Part shown: piece after piece, positions 20,292 through 30,945 of the stretch
Position numbering within the stretch: the stretch's first letter is position 1
Layout of the letters: each line of letters begins with the position of its first letter
Source of the DNA: Thermoproteota archaeon
Lineage (GTDB): Archaea; Thermoproteota; Thermoprotei; Gearchaeales; Gearchaeaceae
NCBI GenBank assembly: GCA_032249235.1
Contig: JAVVGF010000004.1
Coordinates: 1-64,000 of the forward strand
DNA length: 64,000 nucleotides
Direction: 5' to 3'
Notes under the pieces: generated by a model
The model's database searches: none
Told to the model about the DNA's origin: nothing
The model's input: the letters and a program-made list of their open reading frames with translations, nothing else
Position numbers and translations under genes: made by a program

Positions 20292-20857
20292 AAATTTTAG
20301 TTTGCGGCACTCCAGGAGTAGGTAAGACTACTTTAAGTATATTTTTATCCTCATTTTCTTTTCATTATTTTAATTTAAATACCGTTGCTTTCTATAGCAA
20401 TTCCTTTTTGAGTTATGATAAAGAAAGAGATTCTTATATTGTAAATACATCAAAATTATTAAAGATATCAGAAAAATTATTTGAAATTTTCGATAAAATA
20501 ATTCTTGATTCGCATATCGTTGAAAGCGTTCCAATTGATATCGATTTAGTATTACTTCTTAGATCAGATCCGTTGCTTTTGTACAAAAGGCTTTATCGTA
20601 AATATGGAAAGAAGAAAATAATTGAGAATGTAGAAGCCGAATTCTTAGGTATTGTTGCAAACGATTGTTATAATAGATTCAATTCTAAAAAAATATTTGA
20701 AATAGTTACTAATAATCTAAATCTTGCGAAGAGAATTGCAAAGGAAATCCTTTATAGTCGTAAGAAGAGAAAATGGAAGAAAATTGACTGGCTTGAAATT
20801 TATGAAAAAAGACGGAAAATTGAAGTTTATCATTCAATGATTTCTAAGTCTGAATGA
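20288..20857 (+). CDS. AK6/Fap7-type adenylate kinase/ATPase
   Basis: [20 protein letters not shown]. Confidence 0.85.
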   Translation: MKILVCGTPGVGKTTLSIFLSSFSFHYFNLNTVAFYSNSFLSYDKERDSYIVNTSKLLKISEKLFEIFDKIILDSHIVESVPIDIDLVLLLRSDPLLLYKRLYRKYGKKKIIENVEAEFLGIVANDCYNRFNSKKIFEIVTNNLNLAKRIAKEILYSRKKRKWKKIDWLEIYEKRRKIEVYHSMISKSE

Positions 20858-21933
20858 TCATCATTATCAAATATAATCATTTCCTGTTCTTGCTCAGAAA
20901 TTCTTTCTAGATTAAATACTTCTCCGTCTTTATCAAGGATCAAAATTTCGCCAGCTTTATTTGAGGTATTTAAATTTTGTCTTTTTAATTCTAATAATTC
21001 CTCTATTCTTTGATTCATGAAATCCTTTTCAATAGCTATTAAGTCAGTAAGATCTATTATTTCTTTAGGTAAGTCCTCAATCTTATCTAATATCAAGAAA
21101 ATATTCTGATTACTCTTAACTATTTGATAAAACAAATCCCAAAGTTGTAAATTAGATGATTTATAAATATAACTTATCAAAGATGTCGGTATATTAAAAA
21201 AGATAATAGAGATAGAATAATTTTTAATTTTAAATAATGTATTAAATATAAGATTTAAAAGAATCAATTTTAATCTGAAATTATTTAAGATTCCAAGGGA
21301 TATCCAAAAATTCTTTATTTCAGTTTTTTCTTTCTTATTTTCAATAATAATTTCTTCCAATATTTTATTGCTAATTAATTCTTCTAGTTTCTTATTTAAG
21401 TTATATTTAATTTCGTTTTCATATTGGCTCTTAAAATATGATTCTTTAATTATATTAAATATATCTTTAAATGTAATAATTTCTTTATTTTGGGGATATA
21501 ATCTATCAATGAGTATTCTCCTAAGTAATGCGGCTTCATCTCTTGATAAATTATAGTATTCGATTAATAATTCAGTAAAATAGGTAATGAAATCATATAT
21601 GCTATCGAAGTAACTAAAGAATTTTCCTAGATACTTTAGATTTTTATTGATGAAATTTTCCCCATTCTTCTCTTTAATTAGTTCATCATGCCATTCAATA
21701 TATATCGATTTATAGTATAGACTTGTTTTCTCTATCACGTCAAGGATAAAATCCCTTATCCTTGCACCTTGATTTATAATAATAAATAGCTTATTGCTAT
21801 TAAGATTTAAGTTAAAGTATTTGCCCGTTATTTTATCTTTTCCTATTATAATTCCTTTATTCAAATAAAAATATGAATATGTCTTATTTAAATATTCGAT
21901 GATCTGTTTCAATAATATTACTCCCTGCATCAA
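20830..21933 (-). CDS. degenerate HerA/VirB4-like ATPase (Walker A absent)
   Basis: IGKD..TG..F.L, then IINQGAR at the expected P-loop; IYIEWHDE resembles DWHGEY; DLP.EI...TD resembles the post-sensor motif. Confidence 0.45.
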   Translation of the reverse strand: MMQGVILLKQIIEYLNKTYSYFYLNKGIIIGKDKITGKYFNLNLNSNKLFIIINQGARIRDFILDVIEKTSLYYKSIYIEWHDELIKEKNGENFINKNLKYLGKFFSYFDSIYDFITYFTELLIEYYNLSRDEAALLRRILIDRLYPQNKEIITFKDIFNIIKESYFKSQYENEIKYNLNKKLEELISNKILEEIIIENKKEKTEIKNFWISLGILNNFRLKLILLNLIFNTLFKIKNYSISIIFFNIPTSLISYIYKSSNLQLWDLFYQIVKSNQNIFLILDKIEDLPKEIIDLTDLIAIEKDFMNQRIEELLELKRQNLNTSNKAGEILILDKDGEVFNLERISEQEQEMIIFDNDDHSDLEIIE

Positions 21934-22331
21934 ATGAGCAAGAAAGGAAAGACCTTTTCGTAAATTATTTGTTTTTCTTTTTCATCTATCATTTTTAGAT
22001 TGTAATTAAAGACTAAATTTAATTGGTTAATTACCAATTCAAATATGTCGTGCAATTTTTTATCTTTTTTTATTATATTTTCTTTCCAAATTAGAATATA
22101 TAGAGTATTTAATTTATTATAATCTGATCCTGTTTCGCTAAATGTGAAAAATAGAAATCTTAAATTATATTTTTTCATATTTTCAATAAAATTCAATAAT
22201 AAATCTTCCTTAAATTCGATGTTTTTAAATAGATCATATTTTAAAATTGTATAAAAAAAGTATTTAATTCCTTTCCTTTTTTTGTTTATGACAAGTTTTT
22301 CTTTGTTTCTTCTTATCCAATGCCAAGCCAT
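21930..22331 (-). CDS. hypothetical protein (pilus operon)
   Basis: 133-aa ORF overlapping both neighbours. Confidence 0.6.
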   Translation of the reverse strand: MAWHWIRRNKEKLVINKKRKGIKYFFYTILKYDLFKNIEFKEDLLLNFIENMKKYNLRFLFFTFSETGSDYNKLNTLYILIWKENIIKKDKKLHDIFELVINQLNLVFNYNLKMIDEKEKQIIYEKVFPFLLI

Positions 22332-22549
22332 TTGCCTATTTGATAGAGTATGTTGCCAATTTGGTTCAATATATCATTGAACGAACTTGAAATGTTTGAG
22401 CCAAAAGAGGTATAGTAACTTTTAATTCCCAATAATACGCCTGCTATAATACTCAAGACAACTGAAAATGCTACTGCTGCTATACCTAGTAAAAGGCCTT
22501 CTTCGAGTAAAGGAGATCCTTTTTTATTTTTTAGTATCTTCTTCATCAC
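22313..22549 (-). CDS. short type IV (Flp-like) prepilin
   Basis: Class III signal peptide: basic N-terminus, KKG|SPLLE with E at +5, then a hydrophobic helix. Confidence 0.8.
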   Translation of the reverse strand: MMKKILKNKKGSPLLEEGLLLGIAAVAFSVVLSIIAGVLLGIKSYYTSFGSNISSSFNDILNQIGNILYQIGKWLGIG

Positions 22550-22559
22550 TGGATATTAT

Positions 22560-23198
22560 TTAAATGATATAAAGGCTCAACACATTTCTTGTCAATACGA
22601 AGTAGATGATTATTTGCATTACAGCGTATATTAATAGACTGGTTATAAAATGTGTTTTTATTGATTTGAGATCAAAAAAGATGGTCAATATCAAAAGCGA
22701 GTTAATCGATAAAAATATCGCATAGAAAATGACCGTCAGCATATTTGGCATGATGCTAAAGTTCATTGTTTCAAGCAAGTAAGAAAATTTTAAATGTCCT
22801 ACTGAACTAAGCCACGGTAAGATTGAGTATGTAATTGAAAGCATAATATTCATAATGAATATTCTCATCTTCAAAATTCTCAAAAATCTCTCAAAATATT
22901 CGATTGTATTATCGAGCATGTTAATATACGCTAGAACTTTGCTTGCTTTGATTTTTTGTTTTTTGTTTAGTAAAACGAAGCTAGAAGCAAGCACACTCAA
23001 CTCTCTTATTCTCCCTTCTTCTTTGCTTAATTTATTTAGAATCCTATGTGCGGGTATTCCTTTCTTCAAAAGATTGATAAAGCTTTCCAACCTTTTTTTG
23101 TTAGCATCTTCATATAATGATTTATCAATACTTTGATAAGTTATGCTCACTAAGCTCCTATTAATCGAGTCTTTAATTTCGTCTAATTTATTCCTCAT
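22560..23198 (-). CDS. TadB/TadC-like membrane platform protein (putative)
   Basis: Soluble helical N-terminal part (L..GIP...IL) followed by about three TM helices; lies downstream of the secretion ATPase. Confidence 0.55.
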   Translation of the reverse strand: MRNKLDEIKDSINRSLVSITYQSIDKSLYEDANKKRLESFINLLKKGIPAHRILNKLSKEEGRIRELSVLASSFVLLNKKQKIKASKVLAYINMLDNTIEYFERFLRILKMRIFIMNIMLSITYSILPWLSSVGHLKFSYLLETMNFSIMPNMLTVIFYAIFLSINSLLILTIFFDLKSIKTHFITSLLIYAVMQIIIYFVLTRNVLSLYII

Positions 23199-23700
23199 AT
23201 GCGATCTCTTTTTTCAATTTTCTGTAGATCAGATAAGTAAAAAACAAGGGTATCGTCAATAATATGAATTCGCTTATATGTATTAGAAAGGATGACACAA
23301 TTAATACAATGGGTAGCGGATAAAGGACGGCCACAAATAATATGAAGTAAAAATTTATTTTTTCAGTCAAATCTTGAAGTAGCATTTTGTTCTTTTCTAA
23401 ATAAGTAATTATATATAATTCATCAACTTTCTTATTTATATTATAGTTATCTAAGATTACTTTTATTTCGTAACCTTTTATTAAATTTGAAAGATATCTA
23501 ATTATATGATTAGCATCGATCCCCTTACTTTGATAATAAATAATTTTTTCTAATATAAATTTGTTTATAGATAAGATCTCGCTATTTAAATTTTTTAATA
23601 ATTTATTTAGATTTATACCTGCACCTTTTAATAATAGAAATTTAATTAAAAGAAAATTTATTAAGCTTATATATAATAGGAATTTATTTTTACTGCCCAT
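23188..23700 (-). CDS. TadB/TadC-like membrane platform protein (putative)
   Basis: LL.GAG.NL helical motif followed by two C-terminal TM helices; overlaps the ATPase stop. Confidence 0.5.
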   Translation of the reverse strand: MGSKNKFLLYISLINFLLIKFLLLKGAGINLNKLLKNLNSEILSINKFILEKIIYYQSKGIDANHIIRYLSNLIKGYEIKVILDNYNINKKVDELYIITYLEKNKMLLQDLTEKINFYFILFVAVLYPLPIVLIVSSFLIHISEFILLTIPLFFTYLIYRKLKKEIAYEE

Positions 23701-25393
23701 TTATAATATCATTAATTATATTTTTTATTTCATTTATTAATCCGTTCGGTTCTATATTTTTTTCTTTCATTATTTTTAGGGAAGTTTTTAGAGTTAATAT
23801 TTTGTTTAATGTTAGTATATCTTTTTCTGAATATATTAAATTTAAATTTGGATAATTATTTTTTTCATATATTTCATAAACTTTATTTACTTTTCTTATA
23901 ATTTTATTTCCAATGATTTCTCTTTTCATTTCCACTATAAGGTCTAGTAAGCAAATATTTTCGGGGGAGATTCTGTGCTGAGATATCCACCTCGCAATAA
24001 GCTCCTCAGCTGTCTTAGAGTGGCATGTAACTAATCCTCTAAGGCCAGCCAATATAGAGTGAAAGAATGCTTTAGAATGCTCCTTAGTTTGAATTTCTCC
24101 TAAAAATATCCAATCTGGGGATCTATGCAAAAGTTTAATTATTTCATGTGATTTTTTGGAATATTTACCGGCAACATCTATAGAGCTTGTTTTTATATAA
24201 ACACTATGAGGTATATTTTCCAATGAAGAATATACTTCATCAACGTCCTCTAAATAAATCTTTCTGAATTCAACAGGTAAATGCCTTGCAAGTGCATGAG
24301 CAAGTGTTGTCTTACCGCTATTAGGTTCTCCGCATATTACTAACGAAAGTCTATTTTTCACACATAAAACTAGAAATGCTGCAAGCTCGAGTGGTAAGCT
24401 TTCCTTTTCAATTAATTCTTTTAAGCTAAATAATCTTCTTCTGAATTTTCTTATATCTATACTGGTATCTTCTACGATCGGAAATGTATCGATGGCTATT
24501 CTCAATTTAACTTTTTCATCCTTAATACTTACTTTAATTGAAGGCTGACCTACGCTAATTTCTTCGCCCGTCAAAATACTGATAAAAGTTTTAAACTTTT
24601 CCACGTCTACGCTATTAAGGTAAATATTAGTTTCGCATCTTCCATACAATTCATGATCTAGATATACCCAACTGTTTTCCTTATCCAAATATAATTCTTG
24701 GACATCTTGATCTAACATTGCAACGATTAATTTCCTAAGGGAATTAGAAGATCCATCCATCCTTTCTAATAACTTAAAAGGTGAGCCACTATCTACTATC
24801 TCATTGCTCTCTAGCTTAATGTAATAAAAGTATTTTGAACCTATTTTTATCACTTCAATAGAATAACTATTCTCAGATTTTGAAAAGATTTTAAACTTTT
24901 CAATATTCAACCATCTCTCATCTAGATCTACTGAATTTTCAAAAATTCTCATGTATACCATTTTTTTATCATATTCCATTTTTATATAATCCAATATTTC
25001 CGATAATAAACTATCTTTATAAAATTCTTTAATGACTTTTTTATAATTTAATATTTCGCATAAAGTTTCATATGGTTCAATCAGTATATTATGAAAAAAA
25101 TTATTACTTACTTTGTATAATAATTTCAGTTTTATTTTAGTTATAATATTATTTAGAAATTTAGTAGTATTGATGTATTTCCTTATAGTTTCATTCTTAA
25201 ATGTCTTTTTAATTTTTGTATTTGTAAAGACAACTTCGTTTATATTTATTTTGTAAGTTTGCAAACACTTTACAAGTTTAAGCCTACAAGAACTACTGCA
25301 ATCTAATCCTATTTCTTTTTCTGAATATGGGCAGATAAATATTATTTTGTTATCCTTTATACGCGTATTGCATTTTTCACATTTCGCGCTCAT
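23690..25393 (-). CDS. type II/IV secretion (TadA/VirB11/ArlI-family) ATPase
   Basis: DIRKF, Walker A GEPNSGKT, Asp box LEDVDE, Walker B PDWIFLGEI, His box TCH; Cys-rich N-terminus. Confidence 0.9.
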   Translation of the reverse strand: MSAKCEKCNTRIKDNKIIFICPYSEKEIGLDCSSSCRLKLVKCLQTYKININEVVFTNTKIKKTFKNETIRKYINTTKFLNNIITKIKLKLLYKVSNNFFHNILIEPYETLCEILNYKKVIKEFYKDSLLSEILDYIKMEYDKKMVYMRIFENSVDLDERWLNIEKFKIFSKSENSYSIEVIKIGSKYFYYIKLESNEIVDSGSPFKLLERMDGSSNSLRKLIVAMLDQDVQELYLDKENSWVYLDHELYGRCETNIYLNSVDVEKFKTFISILTGEEISVGQPSIKVSIKDEKVKLRIAIDTFPIVEDTSIDIRKFRRRLFSLKELIEKESLPLELAAFLVLCVKNRLSLVICGEPNSGKTTLAHALARHLPVEFRKIYLEDVDEVYSSLENIPHSVYIKTSSIDVAGKYSKKSHEIIKLLHRSPDWIFLGEIQTKEHSKAFFHSILAGLRGLVTCHSKTAEELIARWISQHRISPENICLLDLIVEMKREIIGNKIIRKVNKVYEIYEKNNYPNLNLIYSEKDILTLNKILTLKTSLKIMKEKNIEPNGLINEIKNIINDIINGQ

Positions 25394-25763
25394 TTTTTCT
25401 TTTAATTAGATTAGGTAAGAATTCTTCAATTGTAGCTAATATATTAGCCACTTTACTATCAATTTCATTTACTCTTTTTTCTAATTCATTTACTTTTTTC
25501 TTATAATTATCGAAAACATTTCTTAAATTTGTTAAATCAAAATTTAAACTTATAATTTCCTTTTCAAGATCCATAAAGCTTTCTTCTTCTTCGTTTTCTT
25601 CTTTCTTTCTTTCACTTTCTTCTTCAGGAAAGCGACTTAATACTTCTTCGATCTTTTTTTCTTCTATACCAATTTTTTCTAAAATTTCTTTAATATCATT
25701 CTTGCTTAATTTTTTTTCATTTAAAATCTTAACAAAATCTATTAATTTAATTCTTAATGCCAT
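25377..25763 (-). CDS. hypothetical coiled-coil protein
   Basis: Acidic linker and heptad-rich C-terminal half; overlaps both the TFB and ATPase genes. Confidence 0.65.
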   Translation of the reverse strand: MALRIKLIDFVKILNEKKLSKNDIKEILEKIGIEEKKIEEVLSRFPEEESERKKEENEEEESFMDLEKEIISLNFDLTNLRNVFDNYKKKVNELEKRVNEIDSKVANILATIEEFLPNLIKRKNEREM

Positions 25764-26706
25764 TTACTTTTAAAAGAGACTTATGTTCTCTTAATGAAAA
25801 CTCAGGCACTCCTGTAATTTGCCTGATCAATCTATGCGATAATATAGGCTTAATTTTCATTTCTTTAGCAACTAATTTATCAGCTACATATAATACAGCT
25901 GCAGCAAACACGAAAGGGCTTTTTCCTTGCACTTTTACCTCATCAAAATTTTCAATTATTTCTAATGATTTCTTTTTGATCAAATTTAATAGAGTTTGTT
26001 TATCAATTTCTAATCCTTTTTTATAAATTATTTTATTTATATCTTCGTTATTAATACAAAGTTTATGAAATCTTTCAAGATATATTTTTACTAAATATTT
26101 ATATGAAAAGAATTTATTAAGAACTTTCTTACTTATTATTGATGAACACCATGCAATATTTCCTTTTGTAACTCTATGTCCATGTTTTAGGAAGACATTC
26201 GTTATTTCTTCTAAACTTAATACTCTATTTTCTCCAAGTATCCTTGACATGACCAAAAGACATGCAGCATAAACAGTTGGTGTCGTGTATCTATAACCAT
26301 TTGATTTCAAATACTTTATAGACTTAAGATATAATTTCAACGTGGCAAACACAATGTTTTTGCTTAAATTTAATTCATTTGAAATTTGCATGATACTATT
26401 TAAAAGTAGACTATTTATCATAGATGAAGCTTGATAAGCTTTCAATTTATCATCTACTCTTTTCAACATTCTTAGAGAATTTTGGGTGTTTTCGCTTAAG
26501 GGATCATTTATAAAATCTTTGAAGATACCATAAGAAGAAGGCATCAATTTACCTCCTAGAGGAATCGTCGGCATGATCGCTACACTGTCTTCATATTCAT
26601 TATTCACGTAGGTGTTTATTTGATGAACTAAGCCGCATGAACTACATGTTAAATCACCTTCTTTAGTCTTGATTAAAATTCCACCGCATTCTTTGCATTT
26701 CTCCAT
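25747..26706 (-). CDS. divergent transcription initiation factor B (TFB) paralog
   Basis: Zn ribbon CKEC-x-G.L.CSSCGLV and two cyclin repeats (YAACL; QGKSP...AAAVLY); B-reader region diverged. Confidence 0.85.
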   Translation of the reverse strand: MEKCKECGGILIKTKEGDLTCSSCGLVHQINTYVNNEYEDSVAIMPTIPLGGKLMPSSYGIFKDFINDPLSENTQNSLRMLKRVDDKLKAYQASSMINSLLLNSIMQISNELNLSKNIVFATLKLYLKSIKYLKSNGYRYTTPTVYAACLLVMSRILGENRVLSLEEITNVFLKHGHRVTKGNIAWCSSIISKKVLNKFFSYKYLVKIYLERFHKLCINNEDINKIIYKKGLEIDKQTLLNLIKKKSLEIIENFDEVKVQGKSPFVFAAAVLYVADKLVAKEMKIKPILSHRLIRQITGVPEFSLREHKSLLKVNGIKN

Positions 26707-26858
26707 TTCATAAGAACTTTTGTTAAGAGCAAATAAGATGCTTGGTAGATTTAATTAAGCTATAGATTAGCAAGTTAATGTTGTAAAGTTGTTTTTAACG
26801 GTTAAGGGTTGACCGAAAGTGATAAAGTAAATATACTAGATTAAAATAATGAAATTTC

Positions 26859-27272
26859 ATGGCAATACCAGTAAGAAGAATTCAAACTGAACTTCTAAAT
26901 TTATTGGATAGGGAAGTAGAAGTCTTCACCACGTATGGTAAAAGATATTTTGGTAAAGTTTTGGCTATTGAACCAGATAAATTGAGCTTAGTAATGAGCA
27001 ATGTCAAAGATGAAGCAGGTAACTTTTTCTCATTGCTTGTTTTAAATGGTTCAGTTGTGGGCGAAATAAAAATGGCAGCGCCATATTATGATTTGAAAGA
27101 ATTGGCTGATAAATTAGAGAAATATTTCCCAAGATTAGTAAATTATGATAGTATTTCAAAAGTAATAGTGGTCGCAGATAAGGTTCGAATCCTTCCTGAT
27201 GGTACAGTAGAAGGCACTGGTCCTATAGCAGATAAGGTTCGTGCTTTATGTAGCGAATTTTTCAAAAAATAA
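26859..27272 (+). CDS. Lsm protein with C-terminal extension (SmAP3 type)
   Basis: Sm fold (LLDREVEV...Y.G......L.L.N) plus a C-terminal domain ending GP.A. Confidence 0.85.
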   Translation: MAIPVRRIQTELLNLLDREVEVFTTYGKRYFGKVLAIEPDKLSLVMSNVKDEAGNFFSLLVLNGSVVGEIKMAAPYYDLKELADKLEKYFPRLVNYDSISKVIVVADKVRILPDGTVEGTGPIADKVRALCSEFFKK

Positions 27273-27279
27273 TTAAATT

Positions 27280-28890
27280 ATGTTTTTTGAGATTGTAGAT
27301 AAATCACTATTAGGTAGAATAGGTAAAATTTATACTAGAAATGGTTATTTTGAGACGCCCGCTTTATTTCCTGTTATAAAAGTAGACTTTAATCCAGACT
27401 TAATTTTGTATTTAAAAAAGTTGAATTGTAAAACTATAATAACTAATGCATATTTATTATGGAAAAAATTAAATAAAGAAGTTGTAGATATTCATCAATA
27501 TTTTAATTTTACAAATATAATAATGACAGATTCAGGTGGATATCAAGTGTTAAAGTACAGAGATATAGAAATAACTCCTAAAGAATCTTTGCTTTATCAA
27601 ATTAAAATTAAAAGCGATATAGGTGTTATATTAGATTATCCGACAGGCTTATCTGAAGATATTGATTTTGCTAAAAGAAGTGTAACTTTGACTCTAAGAA
27701 GAGCGAGTTATGCTAAAAGATTCCTAAAAGAAAGTGATATGATCATCGTAGCACCAATACAAGGAGGCATGTTTTATTCTTTGTTAACAAAATGTGCCCT
27801 GAAAATGAAAGAAATGGGTTATGAAATGTTCGCCATAGGCAGCCCTACAGGCCTTATGGAAAGATATAGATATAAAGAGGTATTGCAAATGATACTTACT
27901 GTAAAAAAGGTCCTCGGTAATTCTAAACCTATTCATTTATTTGGTGCAGGTCATCCCATGTTTTTCCCCTTCATTGTCGCATTGGGCATTGACACATTTG
28001 ATTCTGCCGCTTATAGTCTTTATGCTAAAGATAATCGCTACATGACTAGAACTAGGACATATAGATTAGACGAGTTATCATATTTACCGTGTAACTGCGA
28101 AGTATGTAGAAGAATTGATGCCGAGACTTTCAAAAATTTGAATCCAAACATGAGAATAACTTTGCTTGAGAAACACAACCTATATGTTTCTTTGGAAGAG
28201 ATTAAACATATAAAACTCCACATAAAGGAAGGCACATTATGGAATTATTTGGAGGAAAAAGCTCGTGCCCATCCATATCTTTATGAAGCATTTGTTTTCC
28301 TCAAAGAAAATATAGATATTATTGAAGAATATGATCCTATTACTAAAATCAATGTTTCAGGCATCTTCTTTTTTGATCCTTATTCTTCACTGCATCCTTC
28401 AGTAATAGGCTATCATAAAAGATTATTACGCAACTATGTTGTAGGCAAAGGCGATGTTGCAATATTTATTCCTTTTTTAAAAGAGAAACCTTTTAGTAGA
28501 AGCCATTTAATGAAAAATTTTAAAGAAAAAATAATTAAACAGTTAAATCAAGAGTTGATTAATAAGATACGTGTAATATTTGTAGGATACCCTTTTATCT
28601 TAATACCATATGAATTATCGGAAATATATCCTAATTCTCAATGGGAAGGAGAAGTTGATAGTTTTCCATATAGAAAGTATTTACATTCATTTATAAAGAA
28701 AATAATCTCAAAATTAGAATTAAGTAAGTCAATTTTAATTATTAGTAGAAAATCTCAAAGATTATTTTATCTTATAGAGAGTAATCTAAAAGATAATAAC
28801 GTTGAGGTTTTAAAAATTATTGTTGAAAAAAATTTAAGCGAAACTATAGAAAAGAACAGAGTTCTTATAGAAGATTTCCTTAAAAAGTAA
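27280..28890 (+). CDS. tgtA: archaeosine tRNA-guanine(15) transglycosylase
   Basis: GRIG..ETP, MTDSGGYQ, PIQGG, HLFGAGHP, DTFDSAAY, CNCEVC..HNL; no evident C-terminal PUA domain. Confidence 0.95.
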   Translation: MFFEIVDKSLLGRIGKIYTRNGYFETPALFPVIKVDFNPDLILYLKKLNCKTIITNAYLLWKKLNKEVVDIHQYFNFTNIIMTDSGGYQVLKYRDIEITPKESLLYQIKIKSDIGVILDYPTGLSEDIDFAKRSVTLTLRRASYAKRFLKESDMIIVAPIQGGMFYSLLTKCALKMKEMGYEMFAIGSPTGLMERYRYKEVLQMILTVKKVLGNSKPIHLFGAGHPMFFPFIVALGIDTFDSAAYSLYAKDNRYMTRTRTYRLDELSYLPCNCEVCRRIDAETFKNLNPNMRITLLEKHNLYVSLEEIKHIKLHIKEGTLWNYLEEKARAHPYLYEAFVFLKENIDIIEEYDPITKINVSGIFFFDPYSSLHPSVIGYHKRLLRNYVVGKGDVAIFIPFLKEKPFSRSHLMKNFKEKIIKQLNQELINKIRVIFVGYPFILIPYELSEIYPNSQWEGEVDSFPYRKYLHSFIKKIISKLELSKSILIISRKSQRLFYLIESNLKDNNVEVLKIIVEKNLSETIEKNRVLIEDFLKK

Positions 28891-28891
28891 A

Positions 28892-29629
28892 TTACATGTA
28901 AAGGATTTTGCTATCAGGAGGAGGTGGCTGCCTAGACTTTTCTATTTCTTTAAGCAAATCATGTTCTAGTTTTTTCTCATAAGATAAATCTTTTTCAAGC
29001 TGTGCTAGATCTATATCTGCAGCGAATTTTTCTTTTAATGTCTTCAAAGCAATATATGCTGCATTTAAGTCGTATTCATAAACTCTCGCATATGGTAAAA
29101 TGCAGACAGATGGAAATCCTTTAATTTCAAATCTGCTAAGCAATAATGCAAGAGGTCCTACAATAGACAATCGCTTCTCCAATGGAGGAGCGAATGGTTT
29201 CATATATTTTGTAAAAGCATTTGTATAAGCTATTCGAATTGGTTCTTGACCACTAACCCTTTCAGCTAAGCCTCCGAAGAGCACTGCGAGTTTAAATTTA
29301 TTTTCAATAACCCAATCTACTACGGCATTTGCGTAAGCATGTATTTCTCTTGCATCAGGTATACTTTCATTTAACAGTATAATGAAATTTTTCCATCCGT
29401 ATAATTCAAAAGGTAAGCCAATTCTATTTTCTTCCATTCGAATTATCATCGGTAGTCTCTTTGTTGATATATATCCCAGATATTTAGCATCTTTTTGCAT
29501 AGTCAAGTATTTAGAAACTAAATAACCCACAGCTCCTACTCCATAAAAGCCTGTGATGAATATCTTTCCTTCACCTATCTTCCTTTTAAATATTCCTCTC
29601 GAATCGTCGCTTATGATGTGAATTTTCAT
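28892..29629 (-). CDS. proteasome assembly chaperone PAC2 family protein
   Basis: ITGFYGVGAVGY, FGGL, IVGPLALL; likely start ATG 29629. Confidence 0.85.
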   Translation of the reverse strand: MKIHIISDDSRGIFKRKIGEGKIFITGFYGVGAVGYLVSKYLTMQKDAKYLGYISTKRLPMIIRMEENRIGLPFELYGWKNFIILLNESIPDAREIHAYANAVVDWVIENKFKLAVLFGGLAERVSGQEPIRIAYTNAFTKYMKPFAPPLEKRLSIVGPLALLLSRFEIKGFPSVCILPYARVYEYDLNAAYIALKTLKEKFAADIDLAQLEKDLSYEKKLEHDLLKEIEKSRQPPPPDSKILYM

Positions 29630-29682
29630 ATTTCCAATATAAAGAATATATAACGTATTACTTATATTGATTTTACACAGTA

Positions 29683-30945
29683 ATGTCAATCAATATAAGG
29701 ATATTAGGGGCAGGACAAGAGGTAGGAAGGAATGCGATAGAAATTACGCACGAGAATTCATCCATTCTTTTAGATTATGGTGCTTATTTCAATTCTATTG
29801 TCGATTTCCCTTTACCTCCAACTATTAAACAACTTAGAGGTATAATTTGCTCCCATGCACATTTAGATCATAGTGCAGGTTTACCTTTAATTTATGGTTC
29901 CTCAAGACCGCCACCTCTTTATATGAATTCAATGACTTTAGATCTGATTAATTTACTTTTATATGATTTTATAAAAATTGCGAAAGATAAAATACAATTT
30001 GATTCTTCTGTACTAAATTTAATAAATAAACATGCTATTATTAAAGATAATTATTCTGAATTTTATATTGATAATTTCTATATTAGAACTTTGAATGCGG
30101 GTCATATTCCTGGAAGCTGGATTGTGTTTGTGGAGGTTAACAATAAGAAAATACTCTATACAGGAGACATTAACGTATATGATTCCTTTTTGCTTAAATC
30201 TGCAGACATAATGAATGACCCAGTCGATTTAATGATATGCGAATCTACTTATGCATGCGTAAATCACATCAAGCGAGAAATTCTTATAAGCGAATTAGTA
30301 GATCGTACTCTGGAAATTCTTGAAAATGGCGGTAACGTTTTGATTCCTTCCTTTTCTGTTGGAAGATCTCAAGAAATTGCTTGTATTTTTGAAGAAAACA
30401 AATTGGGCTATCCTATATATATGGATGGCATGGCTAGAGCTGCAAGTGAAATAATGTTGAAACATCCGGAATACTTCAAAAATTATGAACTCTTAAAAAG
30501 AGCTATATCAAATCTAAACATAATAAACAGCAAAAAGGACAGAAAGGAAGCTATGAACGAACCTTCTATAATTATTTCTCCTGCAGGTATGCTGAAAGGA
30601 GGGGCTGCAATATATTACGTGAATAAGATCGCTAAAGATCCTAAAAGTGCCATATTTTTTGTAGGTTATCTATCTAAGGAAACGCCTGGAAGAGAAGTAC
30701 TTGAAAAAAGGGTAATTCAGAGTGAAAAAGGCATAGAACCTGTATTAGCTCAGTTGGATTGGTTCGGGATATCTTCTCATGCAGATATGAGCGGACTAAT
30801 AAATTACATTAAAAAAGTAAATCCTGAAAAATTGATTTTGATACATGGCGAATATTTTAGAATGATAGAAATGAGCAAGTTAATAAAAGAAGAATTAGAT
30901 ATAGAATGTTTTATTCCGAAGAATGGCGAAGAATTTCAGATTTAG
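29683..30945 (+). CDS. beta-CASP metallo-beta-lactamase ribonuclease (aCPSF2 type)
   Basis: GAGQEVGR, SHAHLDH, AGHIPGS, YTGD, ESTY, SSHAD, HGE. Confidence 0.92.
   Translation: MSINIRILGAGQEVGRNAIEITHENSSILLDYGAYFNSIVDFPLPPTIKQLRGIICSHAHLDHSAGLPLIYGSSRPPPLYMNSMTLDLINLLLYDFIKIAKDKIQFDSSVLNLINKHAIIKDNYSEFYIDNFYIRTLNAGHIPGSWIVFVEVNNKKILYTGDINVYDSFLLKSADIMNDPVDLMICESTYACVNHIKREILISELVDRTLEILENGGNVLIPSFSVGRSQEIACIFEENKLGYPIYMDGMARAASEIMLKHPEYFKNYELLKRAISNLNIINSKKDRKEAMNEPSIIISPAGMLKGGAAIYYVNKIAKDPKSAIFFVGYLSKETPGREVLEKRVIQSEKGIEPVLAQLDWFGISSHADMSGLINYIKKVNPEKLILIHGEYFRMIEMSKLIKEELDIECFIPKNGEEFQI

Noticed and set aside
26815-26820. ANTTTC DNA-damage-responsive element (ACTTTC, minus strand) upstream of the TFB paralog
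   Set aside because: A single degenerate hexamer is expected by chance in AT-rich DNA and lies over 100 nt from the start codon
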